The translations under genes and the position numbers were made by a program. DNA of 64,000 bases from assembly GCA_041615815.1 (NCBI GenBank), contig JBFJCP010000001.1, positions 32,001 to 96,000 of the forward strand. The letters are read 5' to 3'. This DNA is from Gemmatimonadales bacterium. Lineage in GTDB: Bacteria; Gemmatimonadota; Gemmatimonadetes; Gemmatimonadales; GWC2-71-9. The notes under the pieces are model-generated. The model saw nothing but the letters and a program-made list of their open reading frames with translations, did no database searches and was not told where the DNA came from. Below are positions 40,854-49,110 of the stretch, in pieces (positions within the stretch are counted from its first letter, which is position 1; every line of letters begins with the position of its first letter).

Positions 40854-42335
40854 ATGACATCGGATGCGGCCGGACGGGAATCCCGGACGACACTGACCGA
40901 TGCGGTGGGGACGGCGGCGAGCGTCTTGCGGCACGCTGGACGCAGCTTCCTGGTGTCGTTCTACGCCGCCCTTCGAAGCCTCAAGCTCTACCCCGTCGAA
41001 AACGACCAGGTCCAGCGCGCCCTAGATGACCTGGCGACCTCGGGTCGGCAACTCCTGGATCTCGAAGACGAGCTCGAGGTCCGCATCGCCGGGGAGTTCA
41101 TCTTCGTCAACTCCACCCGCCTCCGGCTCGATCTGGACAACTACGCCTCTTTCAGCCACGTCCTCACGACCTTGCGCCAATGCGACATTGGTGTGCTCCG
41201 CGTCGATGATCGGATGGAGCGACGTGAGTGGCAGGTCTTGATCTCGCTGTTGCTGACATTCGCCGCGCGCGATACCGATCCCAACAAACTGTTCGAGCTC
41301 CAGCAGAAGCTCCTGCAGGGCGGGGTCACGCACGTCGTCGTCGAGCCCCAGGCAGAAAGTGAAGAGGACACGCAGGACGAGGAGAAACAGAAGGAGATTG
41401 CGAAGCGAACCTACGAGCGCTCCGTTGCCGTGACCAAGGAGGTCATCAATAGCGTGCGGATGGGGCGGACCGCGAGCGTCCGAAAGGTGAAACGCGCGGT
41501 GCAGGGCATCGTCGATCAGGTGCTGAAAAACGAGGTATCCCTCATTGGACTGACGACGATCCGAGACTACGACGAGTACACATTCACGCACTCGGTGAAC
41601 GTCTGCATTTTCAGTGTTTCCATCGGGAAACGGATTGGGCTTTCAAAGCTGCAGCTGTACGACTTGGGACTCGCGGCCCTGTTTCACGACGTGGGGAAAA
41701 GCCGGGTACCGATCGAGATTCTCAGCAAAGAAGGAGCTTTGACCGACGAAGAGTGGCGGATCATGCAGGCCCACCCGTGGCTGGGTGTGCTCACCCTGTT
41801 TGGACTGCGCGGATACGGGGAGATTCCCTATCGCGCCATGATCGCGGCGTACGAACATCACATGAAGGTGGATCTCACAGGATATCCGAAATCCGTGCGC
41901 GCGCGGAACCTGTCGGTCTTTTCCAAGATCGTCGCCGTCGCCGACGCGTTCGACGCCGCGACCACCCGTCGCAGTTATCAGACCGTGCCGCTGCAGCCCG
42001 ACGAAGTGCTCCGCGAGATGTGGGAGAATCCGCGCCGGGGCTTCGACCCCGTGGTGGTCAAAGCGTTGATCAATCTCGTGGGCGTGTATCCTGTGGGGAC
42101 CTGTGTGATTCTCGATACCTACGAGTTGGCCGTGGTGCACGCAGCCAACTCGGATGTCTCCCAGCTGCACCGCCCGGTGGTCCGCGTGATCAGTACTCCC
42201 GAGGGCGGCATGTTGCGCCCCGGGGTCGTCACCGAGTTGTCGGAGCGCACCGCCGATGGCGGGTTCAAACGCTCCATCGTGAAGGTGACCGACCCGGCAA
42301 AATACGGCATCAACCCCGGCGACTACTTTGTCTGA
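40854..42335 (+). CDS. HD-GYP cyclic-dinucleotide phosphodiesterase
   Basis: YTFTHSVNV, LFHDVGK, HP, EHH..TGYP, VADAFDA..RSYQ. Confidence 0.93.
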   Translation: MTSDAAGRESRTTLTDAVGTAASVLRHAGRSFLVSFYAALRSLKLYPVENDQVQRALDDLATSGRQLLDLEDELEVRIAGEFIFVNSTRLRLDLDNYASFSHVLTTLRQCDIGVLRVDDRMERREWQVLISLLLTFAARDTDPNKLFELQQKLLQGGVTHVVVEPQAESEEDTQDEEKQKEIAKRTYERSVAVTKEVINSVRMGRTASVRKVKRAVQGIVDQVLKNEVSLIGLTTIRDYDEYTFTHSVNVCIFSVSIGKRIGLSKLQLYDLGLAALFHDVGKSRVPIEILSKEGALTDEEWRIMQAHPWLGVLTLFGLRGYGEIPYRAMIAAYEHHMKVDLTGYPKSVRARNLSVFSKIVAVADAFDAATTRRSYQTVPLQPDEVLREMWENPRRGFDPVVVKALINLVGVYPVGTCVILDTYELAVVHAANSDVSQLHRPVVRVISTPEGGMLRPGVVTELSERTADGGFKRSIVKVTDPAKYGINPGDYFV

Positions 42336-43134
42336 CGCGTCACTCGAGGCGTGCTGGACGCGCCTCCGCCACACCCGCCGCCCTGCACTCATTCCTTACC
42401 TCACTGCTGGCTTCCCCTCGCCTGACGCATCGCGGGAGGCCTTGGCCATGGTGGCCGAGGCGGGAGCGGACGTCGTGGAGCTGGGCATGCCGTTCAGCGA
42501 TCCGGTGGCGGACGGTCCGGTGATCCAACGCGCCAACCAACAGGCACTCGACGCGGGCATGTCGATCGAGAAAACGCTCGCCATGGTGCAATCCGGCTCA
42601 AGCGACATCCCGATCGTCCTGTTTGGCTATGTAAACCCGATCCTGGCGTATGGACTCGCCCGCTTCGTCGAGGACGCCGCGGCAGCCGGCGCGGCGGGCC
42701 TGCTCGTGACGGATCTCCCCGCAGGAGCGGACGCGGAGATGGAGCAAACGCTCGACGCTCCCTCGCTGCCCCTGATTCGTCTGATCGCCCCCACCACGGA
42801 CGACGCTCGGTGCGCGCGCATCCTGCAGGGCGCCCGCGGCTTTGTCTACGTCATCGCGCGGTTGGGCGTCACCGGTGCGCGGACGGTCGTGGGTGACGAT
42901 CTAACGGAGATCGTGGCCCGCGTCCGGCGAGCCACACCCTTGCCGCTTGCCGTTGGGTTTGGGCTGCGGGATGCCGCCCAGGCCGCGGCGGTGGCCCAAG
43001 TGGCCGACGGCGTCGTGGTCGGGAGCGCCCTGCTCGAACGTCTGGCCGTGAGCATACCGGATGCCCACGCGTTTCTCGCGGAGCTGCGCGCCGCGCTTGA
43101 CGGGGTGTCACCCAGCCGGCGAGGTGCGGCATGA
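42328..43134 (+). CDS. trpA: Tryptophan synthase alpha chain
   Basis: [45 protein letters not shown]. Confidence 0.97.
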   Translation: MSDASLEACWTRLRHTRRPALIPYLTAGFPSPDASREALAMVAEAGADVVELGMPFSDPVADGPVIQRANQQALDAGMSIEKTLAMVQSGSSDIPIVLFGYVNPILAYGLARFVEDAAAAGAAGLLVTDLPAGADAEMEQTLDAPSLPLIRLIAPTTDDARCARILQGARGFVYVIARLGVTGARTVVGDDLTEIVARVRRATPLPLAVGFGLRDAAQAAAVAQVADGVVVGSALLERLAVSIPDAHAFLAELRAALDGVSPSRRGAA

Positions 43135-45227
43135 CGGCAAGGGTGGCACTGACGATGACGTTCTCGCGAGCACTCGTGTACATCGGGGCCACGCTGTTCA
43201 TCCTCGTCTTGGCGGTCGATCAAGCGTGGCTCGGGGAGTGGCAGGGGTTGCTCGTGCTGGCGCTTGCGGCGGTACCACTGCGCGCGTTTCACCTCGGGAT
43301 CGGCAAGTACTCCTACGCCACCCAGGTGGGCATCGCGTTGTTGGCGGGCGCGATCTTGTTCGGGCCGGGAACGACCGCGCTCGGCATGGCGCTCGGGCTC
43401 TTTCTCACGGACTGGATCTGGTTCCGCAAGGACCCGCGCGCCGCTCTCGTCAACGCCGCCCGCGAGGTGGTAGCGCTCGTTACGGCGTACGGATTCTATG
43501 CGGCAGCTCTCCGGATATCGGGTGTCAGTGGTCCTCGAGCGTACGAATCGATCTTCGCCATCACCCTGTTCGGGCTCAGCTACTTCGTCGTTTCCCGGAG
43601 CCTCTTCTACTACACGCTCATCGTCCGCAACAAGCTGCCACCCGATGAGCGGCTCTTCGTGCTACGCTACGAAGTCGTGGCGTACGGGATCACGCTGGTT
43701 GGTGCCGGGGTGGCCGTGCTCACCGTCGTCTCCCTGCCGCCCATTAGTTGGCCCTTCGTGGCAGTCCCCGTGCTGTTCAGCGGTTCGATCATCAAGCGGA
43801 TCCTCGAAGAGGCAATTCAGGCGGAAGAGCTCAACAAACTCCAGACGATGGAGCTCCTGATCACCAGCAACGTGAGCCTGGACCAGGCGCTCCACGGTAT
43901 CGAAGAGCTCGCCCATCAAATCCTGGACTGGCGTGACTACCGCGTGTACCGACGGACCACGGCGGGGTTCACCCTGCTCTATCGGGGTGACATGGGGACG
44001 TCGGACGACGACGCCCCCGGGGTGTTCGCGACGCTCCGGGAAGAAGCGTTTCACCAGCGGCAAACGCTCACGGTGCAGGATGCCGAGCGCGACGCGCGTA
44101 CGGTGGGCCTCCTGGGCTATGTCAAAAGCCTGGTGATCGTACCGCTGGTCTTCGGCGAGGAATTGATCGGAACGCTCGAACTGGATCATCACAAGCGCCG
44201 GCAATACGGTCGCCGCCAGCTCAGCCTCGTCGAAACGTGCGCCCGGCGCATTGCCACCGCCATTCACATCCACGACTTGCGCAAGCCGTTGCTGGATACG
44301 GTCGCGCGTATCAACCAGCAGGTTGCCACCCTGGGAACGCTGGCCGATGACCTCCGGACGGCGGCCGAAACGATGACCGGATCCATCGAGGCCATCGGTA
44401 CCGGACTCTCCCAGCAGGACCGCGAGGTCGTCAGTGGCCTGGAAGCGACCGGGGAGCTGAGCTCCGCCACCGAACGGGTCTCCCAGGACAGCGGTGACGC
44501 CGCCAAGGCCAGCGGAACCGCCAGTGATCTCGCGGAACGCCACCGGCAGACCATTGGAGGGGCCATCGAGCGCCTGATCACCCTCAAGACGTTTGTGGCG
44601 GAGAGCTCGGAGAAAGTGGGAGAACTCGGCACCGCCAGCCGACGGATCGTGAGGTTCCTCGCCTCCATCCGTGAGCTGGCCGACCTGACCCATTTGCTCG
44701 CGTTGAACGCCGCCATCGAGGCTGCCCGCGCCGGCACGCACGGGCGAGGATTTGCCGAAGTCGCCCGTGAGGTCCGAAGCTTGGCAGAGCAGAGCGTGTC
44801 CACGGCCGACGAAGCGGCGCAACTCGTCGAAGACATGCAGGACCGCCTGGGCGAAGTGGTCGAGCAGATGCGCCGCGGCCAGGTGGCGGTGGGCGGAGTC
44901 GAAGAACTCAGTACCGAAGGCCTGCAGGCACTCGAGACCATCACCAAGGCCACCGTGGAAGCGACCGAGCATGTCCGCCGCATTACGGAAACGGCGGAGC
45001 GACAGCACCATGTGTTCGCGCGGCTGCGCGAGCGCATCAACGGGTTCGCCGACATCTCCTCGCGCAACCGCAAGGACGCCGACACCGTGCTCGAGCGCGC
45101 CAAGGACGTGGCTTCGGGCGTCGAGGACATGGGGCGCGCCGCCCGGGAACTCAACGCGATCGCCGTCATGCTCTCCCAGATCACCGAGCAGGTGGCATCC
45201 GTCGACGGCCCCACGCCAGACCTTTGA
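43131..45227 (+). CDS. Methyl-accepting chemotaxis-like receptor with a multi-TM N-terminus and a GAF domain
   Basis: About 7-8 hydrophobic segments; GAF ([17 protein letters not shown]); hairpin tip [30 protein letters not shown]. Confidence 0.88.
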   Translation: MTARVALTMTFSRALVYIGATLFILVLAVDQAWLGEWQGLLVLALAAVPLRAFHLGIGKYSYATQVGIALLAGAILFGPGTTALGMALGLFLTDWIWFRKDPRAALVNAAREVVALVTAYGFYAAALRISGVSGPRAYESIFAITLFGLSYFVVSRSLFYYTLIVRNKLPPDERLFVLRYEVVAYGITLVGAGVAVLTVVSLPPISWPFVAVPVLFSGSIIKRILEEAIQAEELNKLQTMELLITSNVSLDQALHGIEELAHQILDWRDYRVYRRTTAGFTLLYRGDMGTSDDDAPGVFATLREEAFHQRQTLTVQDAERDARTVGLLGYVKSLVIVPLVFGEELIGTLELDHHKRRQYGRRQLSLVETCARRIATAIHIHDLRKPLLDTVARINQQVATLGTLADDLRTAAETMTGSIEAIGTGLSQQDREVVSGLEATGELSSATERVSQDSGDAAKASGTASDLAERHRQTIGGAIERLITLKTFVAESSEKVGELGTASRRIVRFLASIRELADLTHLLALNAAIEAARAGTHGRGFAEVAREVRSLAEQSVSTADEAAQLVEDMQDRLGEVVEQMRRGQVAVGGVEELSTEGLQALETITKATVEATEHVRRITETAERQHHVFARLRERINGFADISSRNRKDADTVLERAKDVASGVEDMGRAARELNAIAVMLSQITEQVASVDGPTPDL

Positions 45228-45258
45228 CTCCATTCGGCGACGTCGATACCGTACCACC

Positions 45259-45636
45259 GTGACCACCAACGACTGTATTACCCTGCGCGGCATGCGGTTT
45301 CACACCTGCGTCGGCTTGTTGCCACACGAGAAGTCGGTACCGCAACCACTGGATGTGGACCTCACCGTGTGGTTGTCGCTCCGACAGGTCGGGGAGACCG
45401 ACTCACCCCGCAGCCTCTTGGACTACCGCGACCTGTACGCCCTCGTCGCAGACACGGTCGGAACCAGCCATCACCGGCTCCTGGAAGCGCTGTGCGAGAA
45501 GATCGCGGGACGGGCGCTGGAGCTGGATCGCGTGGAACGGGTGCGGATCGCCGCGCGAAAGCCCCACGCCCCCATCCACGGGTTGCTGGATTACGTGGAG
45601 GTGGTGCTGGAGCGGGGCCGCGATGGTTCGGCGTGA
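45259..45636 (+). CDS. folB: Dihydroneopterin aldolase
   Basis: DCITLRGMRF..VG..EK..Q, LDY, LLEALCE, KPHAPI; GTG 45259 start. Confidence 0.92.
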   Translation: MTTNDCITLRGMRFHTCVGLLPHEKSVPQPLDVDLTVWLSLRQVGETDSPRSLLDYRDLYALVADTVGTSHHRLLEALCEKIAGRALELDRVERVRIAARKPHAPIHGLLDYVEVVLERGRDGSA

Positions 45637-46039
45637 GGATGCGTTCATCGCCCTGGGATCGAACGTGGGAGATCGCGAACGCCATCTGGCCCATGGTCGG
45701 GGTCGCCTGGCTGCCCTCCCCATGACGGAGGTGGCGGCGGTCAGCACGATCGAAGAAACCGAACCCATCGGTCCGGCCCAGCCGAGCTACCTGAACCAAA
45801 TGGTGCTGATCCGCACGGGACTGACCCCGCGGGTCTTACTCTCGGCCTGTCAGGCCATCGAGCGCGCGGCTGGGCGGACGCGAGACCGCCGCTGGGGACC
45901 GCGTACGCTCGACCTCGACATCGTGCGCTACGGAGACGTAGCCGTCAGCGAGCCGGACCTGACGATCCCTCATCCGGAGCTGCCGCACCGCCCGTTTTGG
46001 CAACGCGAGCTCGCAGAGCTCGAGGGACGGCTCCGGTGA
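45623..46039 (+). CDS. folK: 2-amino-4-hydroxy-6-hydroxymethyldihydropteridine diphosphokinase
   Basis: FIALGSNVG, YLN, RWGPRTLDLDI, LTIPHP. Confidence 0.95.
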   Translation: MVRREDAFIALGSNVGDRERHLAHGRGRLAALPMTEVAAVSTIEETEPIGPAQPSYLNQMVLIRTGLTPRVLLSACQAIERAAGRTRDRRWGPRTLDLDIVRYGDVAVSEPDLTIPHPELPHRPFWQRELAELEGRLR

Positions 46040-46602
46040 CGGCCACCCTCCCACCGTGGGCCCATGTCACTGCACCGCGCGTGGCACACATTCATCGGGT
46101 GACGGCGCTGCTGGAGGAGTGGGCACAGGCACTCGGTGTGGACGCGGGCGAGCGCGAGCGGTGGCTCCGCGCCGCCATCCTCCACGACGCGCTCAAAGAT
46201 GCCACACCCACGCTCCTGCGTGACATCGCACCCGACGCGTGGGACAACGACGCCCTGCGCCACGGTCCCGCCGCGGCGGTCATGGCGGCGCGACACGGCG
46301 AGACCGACCGCGGCGTGCTGGATGCCGTTCGCTATCATTCGGTCGGATTCGCCGGCTGGGACGACACCGGCCGGCTCCTCTACCTGGCCGATTATCTGGA
46401 GCCCGGCCGGCCCGACGAGGGTCACCGACGCCGCTGGGCCCGGGAGGTTACCGGCGACGTAGCGGGCTCCGTTCAGCGAGTGGCGCGGGCCAGGATCCAG
46501 CGCTCCGTCGCGCAGGGATTGCCACTGCTGGCCGAGACCGTGACGTTCTGGAATGCGCTGGTATGCGCCGCCCCACCCTCCTCGCGACACTCGCGCTCGT
46601 AG
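46036..46602 (+). CDS. YqeK-like HD-domain phosphohydrolase
   Basis: H..RV, AILHDALK, LRHGPAAA, VRYHSVG, LYLADYLEPGR. Confidence 0.85.
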   Translation: MTATLPPWAHVTAPRVAHIHRVTALLEEWAQALGVDAGERERWLRAAILHDALKDATPTLLRDIAPDAWDNDALRHGPAAAVMAARHGETDRGVLDAVRYHSVGFAGWDDTGRLLYLADYLEPGRPDEGHRRRWAREVTGDVAGSVQRVARARIQRSVAQGLPLLAETVTFWNALVCAAPPSSRHSRS

Positions 46603-46970
46603 CACTCGGGGCGTTCTTGGGCGCCGCGCTCGTGCTGCGGGGTCGGGAGTCCAGCCTTCCCATCCCCGGGGAGCGCCATCGCTTCGCCGTCGAGGTGCTG
46701 AATGGCACGAGCGTCGATGGGCTGGCTCGAGAAACCACCCGGCGACTCAGGCGCGCCGGGATCGACGTGGTCTACTTTGGGGACGCGTCCGAGGATGCTG
46801 CCCGGACGACGCGAATTCTGATTCGGCGGGGCGACTCGAGCGCCGCGGTGGTCGTGCGCGACGTCCTGGGCACCGGAGACATCATCTCCGCACCAAACGC
46901 ACGACTCCTAGTCGACGTGTCGGTGATCCTGGGTCGCGACCTCGCGCCTGGCGTCGATCTCGATCCGTAG
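46563..46970 (+). CDS. LytR C-terminal domain protein with an N-terminal membrane anchor
   Basis: VEVLNGTSVDGLA, DVSVILGRD. Confidence 0.85.
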   Translation: MRRPTLLATLALVALGAFLGAALVLRGRESSLPIPGERHRFAVEVLNGTSVDGLARETTRRLRRAGIDVVYFGDASEDAARTTRILIRRGDSSAAVVVRDVLGTGDIISAPNARLLVDVSVILGRDLAPGVDLDP

Positions 46971-47969
46971 CTGTCCACACGCCGCGCTGATGTCGAGGCC
47001 GCGGCTCCGACGCACCGTCGCGGCGACCCCCCGTTTGCCGAGGTGCTGGGCAAATCGCTGAATGGCCTCAGGCGGCGTCGCCTCGAGTCCCGGAGCGCCC
47101 CCAGGGTGAAGCGGCAAGAGATTCACGTGGGCGCTGAGCGGCCGCGCCAGTGTGGCGAGGCGCTCTGCGTGGTCCAACCCATCGTTCACTCCGCGAATCA
47201 TCACGTACTCCAAGGTCACGCGGCGTCGGAAGGACCTCACCGCGTCCATGACGTCTCGAAGGGCGTACTTGGTCTCGATGGGCATGAGACGCGCCCTCGT
47301 CGCGCTGTCGGCGGCGTGCAAGGAGACGGCCAACCGAAACTGTTCCGGCCGCTGCGCCAGTTTGGCGAGGTTGGGAACGATGCCAATGGTGCTGACCGTG
47401 ATGTGACGGGCACCGATCCCGAGGCCCTCGGGATCGTTCAGAATCGTCAGCGCGCGATCCACGTTGTTCCAATTGTGCAGCGGCTCACCCATGCCCATGA
47501 ACACCACGTGCGACGGTCGCATGGGCTCGGCGCAGAGCAGGAGCTCCCGGACCTGAGCCGCGATCTCCCATGCCTCGAGGTGCCGCCGGAATCCCATCCT
47601 GCCCGTTGCGCAGAACGTGCATCCGTAGGCGCAGCCCGCTTGGGAGGAAACGCACAACGTTCGACGCTTTCCGTCCGGGATCAGTACCGATTCCACAGCC
47701 TCGCCGTCGCCAAAGCCCCAGAGAAATTTGATCGTGCCGTCCTCGGACACCTGACGGGACACGAGCTGGGGTCGAGGGAGCGGAGCCGTGGTCTCGAGGG
47801 CATCGCGCAGTCGCGCGGGCAGCTCGGTCGCCGCCGCCCACGCCGTCACCGGCTGGCGCCACAGCCGGCGATGGATCTGGCGCGCCCGATACGCAGCCTC
47901 CCCGCGATCCGCCACCCACGGCGCCAGAGCTTCGAGGGCATCGGACGGGGTCAAATCCAGCAAGTTCAT
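46908..47969 (-). CDS. rlmN: 23S rRNA/tRNA adenine C2-methyltransferase RlmN
   Basis: CVSSQAGCAYGCTFC, MGMGEP, SLHA, RGLDISAACGQL; 63-bp convergent overlap with the LytR_C gene. Confidence 0.96.
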   Translation of the reverse strand: MNLLDLTPSDALEALAPWVADRGEAAYRARQIHRRLWRQPVTAWAAATELPARLRDALETTAPLPRPQLVSRQVSEDGTIKFLWGFGDGEAVESVLIPDGKRRTLCVSSQAGCAYGCTFCATGRMGFRRHLEAWEIAAQVRELLLCAEPMRPSHVVFMGMGEPLHNWNNVDRALTILNDPEGLGIGARHITVSTIGIVPNLAKLAQRPEQFRLAVSLHAADSATRARLMPIETKYALRDVMDAVRSFRRRVTLEYVMIRGVNDGLDHAERLATLARPLSAHVNLLPLHPGGAPGLEATPPEAIQRFAQHLGKRGVAATVRRSRGLDISAACGQLRIEIDARREVATQDHRHVD

Positions 47970-48862
47970 CGAATGAACACCACGTCGATGCCGAGGCGGA
48001 AGGTGCCGCCCACATCGTTGATGCCCTGACTGCGGGCGAACGTGATGGCATAGCGACCCACGGCGATCTCGAGGCCGAATCCGGGCCGCCACGCCGCGTC
48101 GTCAAACGCGGTCTCACGCACCAACACGGCGTCCACCCGCACCGCGTCTTCGAACACCGCGCCGGCGCCAACGCCGTGTTCGAGATCTCCCGACGGACGC
48201 CAGCTGAGGCCGTAACGCCCTGTGAATCGCGTCCTGAGCCCGGCCACGGACACGCTGGGCGTGATGAGATATTCGACCGCGGCGAAGTAGTCGGTGTTCT
48301 CCCGCTCGCTCAAGTTGACCGGAAGGAAATGGGTGGCGACGGCGACGAGCACCCGCGGGTGCGGGTTCGCCCGGGCCCCCAGGTCCACGGTGACCCCACC
48401 TTCGCGTATGAAATCGAACCGGGCATCGTGAAATCGGATGAGCGCACCGACGTCGAGACGGGGCAGACGGGCCCGGAGATGGGCGCCAAACATCTGATCG
48501 TAGACCGGGATCGAACCGAGCGTCGCCGTGGGGGAACTTCCGGTCCGCACGAGGTCTCGCACATCCATCCGTGCCACGACGGCCCCCACCTGCGCGCGGG
48601 GTCCCAAGGACTTGGTGACGCCGGCCAGAATGCCGGTGAGCCCGAGGACATTGGAGGTCTGCACCACCTGGATCCCGGCTGCCAGATCGTCCCAGTCGCT
48701 GGCCGCGGGATTCCAGAAGGGTCCAGTGGCCCCTCCGGCGAGCGCCGCCGGGGTCGTGAGGGATGCGGCGGCCACACGCCAGACGCTCGCGGACGGGGGG
48801 GCCTGGGCGGGCGCCGGCACGGGGACCAGGGCGAGGAACGCAGCCCAGCTAAGTGCGCGCAC
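47966..48862 (-). CDS. Exported, probable outer-membrane beta-barrel protein (PorV/FadL-like)
   Basis: Signal peptide (APA-Q), FWNPAA motif, alternating amphipathic strands, aromatic residue near the C-terminus; GTG 48862 start inferred. Confidence 0.55.
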   Translation of the reverse strand: MRALSWAAFLALVPVPAPAQAPPSASVWRVAAASLTTPAALAGGATGPFWNPAASDWDDLAAGIQVVQTSNVLGLTGILAGVTKSLGPRAQVGAVVARMDVRDLVRTGSSPTATLGSIPVYDQMFGAHLRARLPRLDVGALIRFHDARFDFIREGGVTVDLGARANPHPRVLVAVATHFLPVNLSERENTDYFAAVEYLITPSVSVAGLRTRFTGRYGLSWRPSGDLEHGVGAGAVFEDAVRVDAVLVRETAFDDAAWRPGFGLEIAVGRYAITFARSQGINDVGGTFRLGIDVVFIR

Positions 48863-48868
48863 GGCCGA

Positions 48869-48934
48869 AGGTTGATGGGTCCCCCCGGGGGTGTCAAGCG
48901 GCCGCTTGCTGCCCCATTGGAGGCCCATTATGTT
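48869..48934. promoter_or_regulatory. Divergent promoter pair
   Basis: Minus: TTGACA(48897-48892)-N17-CAACCT; plus: TTGCTG(48906)-N17-TATGTT(48929). Confidence 0.5.
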
Positions 48935-48997
48935 GATGTTTTGCCGGGACTTGGCTATTTCGGGTCCCCCGAGGTCGAAACGAGTGCAACTGCAAGC

Positions 48998-49010
48998 CAA
49001 CGCGTTGATA
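48998..49010 (-). promoter_or_regulatory. IHF-consensus site
   Basis: TATCAACGCGTTG matches WATCAANNNNTTR exactly, in an intergenic region. Confidence 0.4.
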
Positions 49011-49110
49011 CCCCATCGGACGCCGCCCGCCGTCCGCCCACCACGCCTGGGCGGCAGCGCGCCGCACCCGTTGTCGCCTCATTTCGCGAGCGTCTAACCT
49101 GACCGAACAC

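Noticed and set aside
43662..45293. 543-aa antisense ORF, and similar long ORFs at 52058-53617, 13090-14493, 31120-32469, 57068-58405 and 21928-23223
   Set aside because: Shadow ORFs opposite well-supported genes, expected at this GC content and codon bias
46908..46970. 63-bp convergent overlap of rlmN and the LytR_C gene as a frameshift or pseudogene
   Set aside because: Both proteins keep their conserved C-terminal motifs; it is a simple tail overlap
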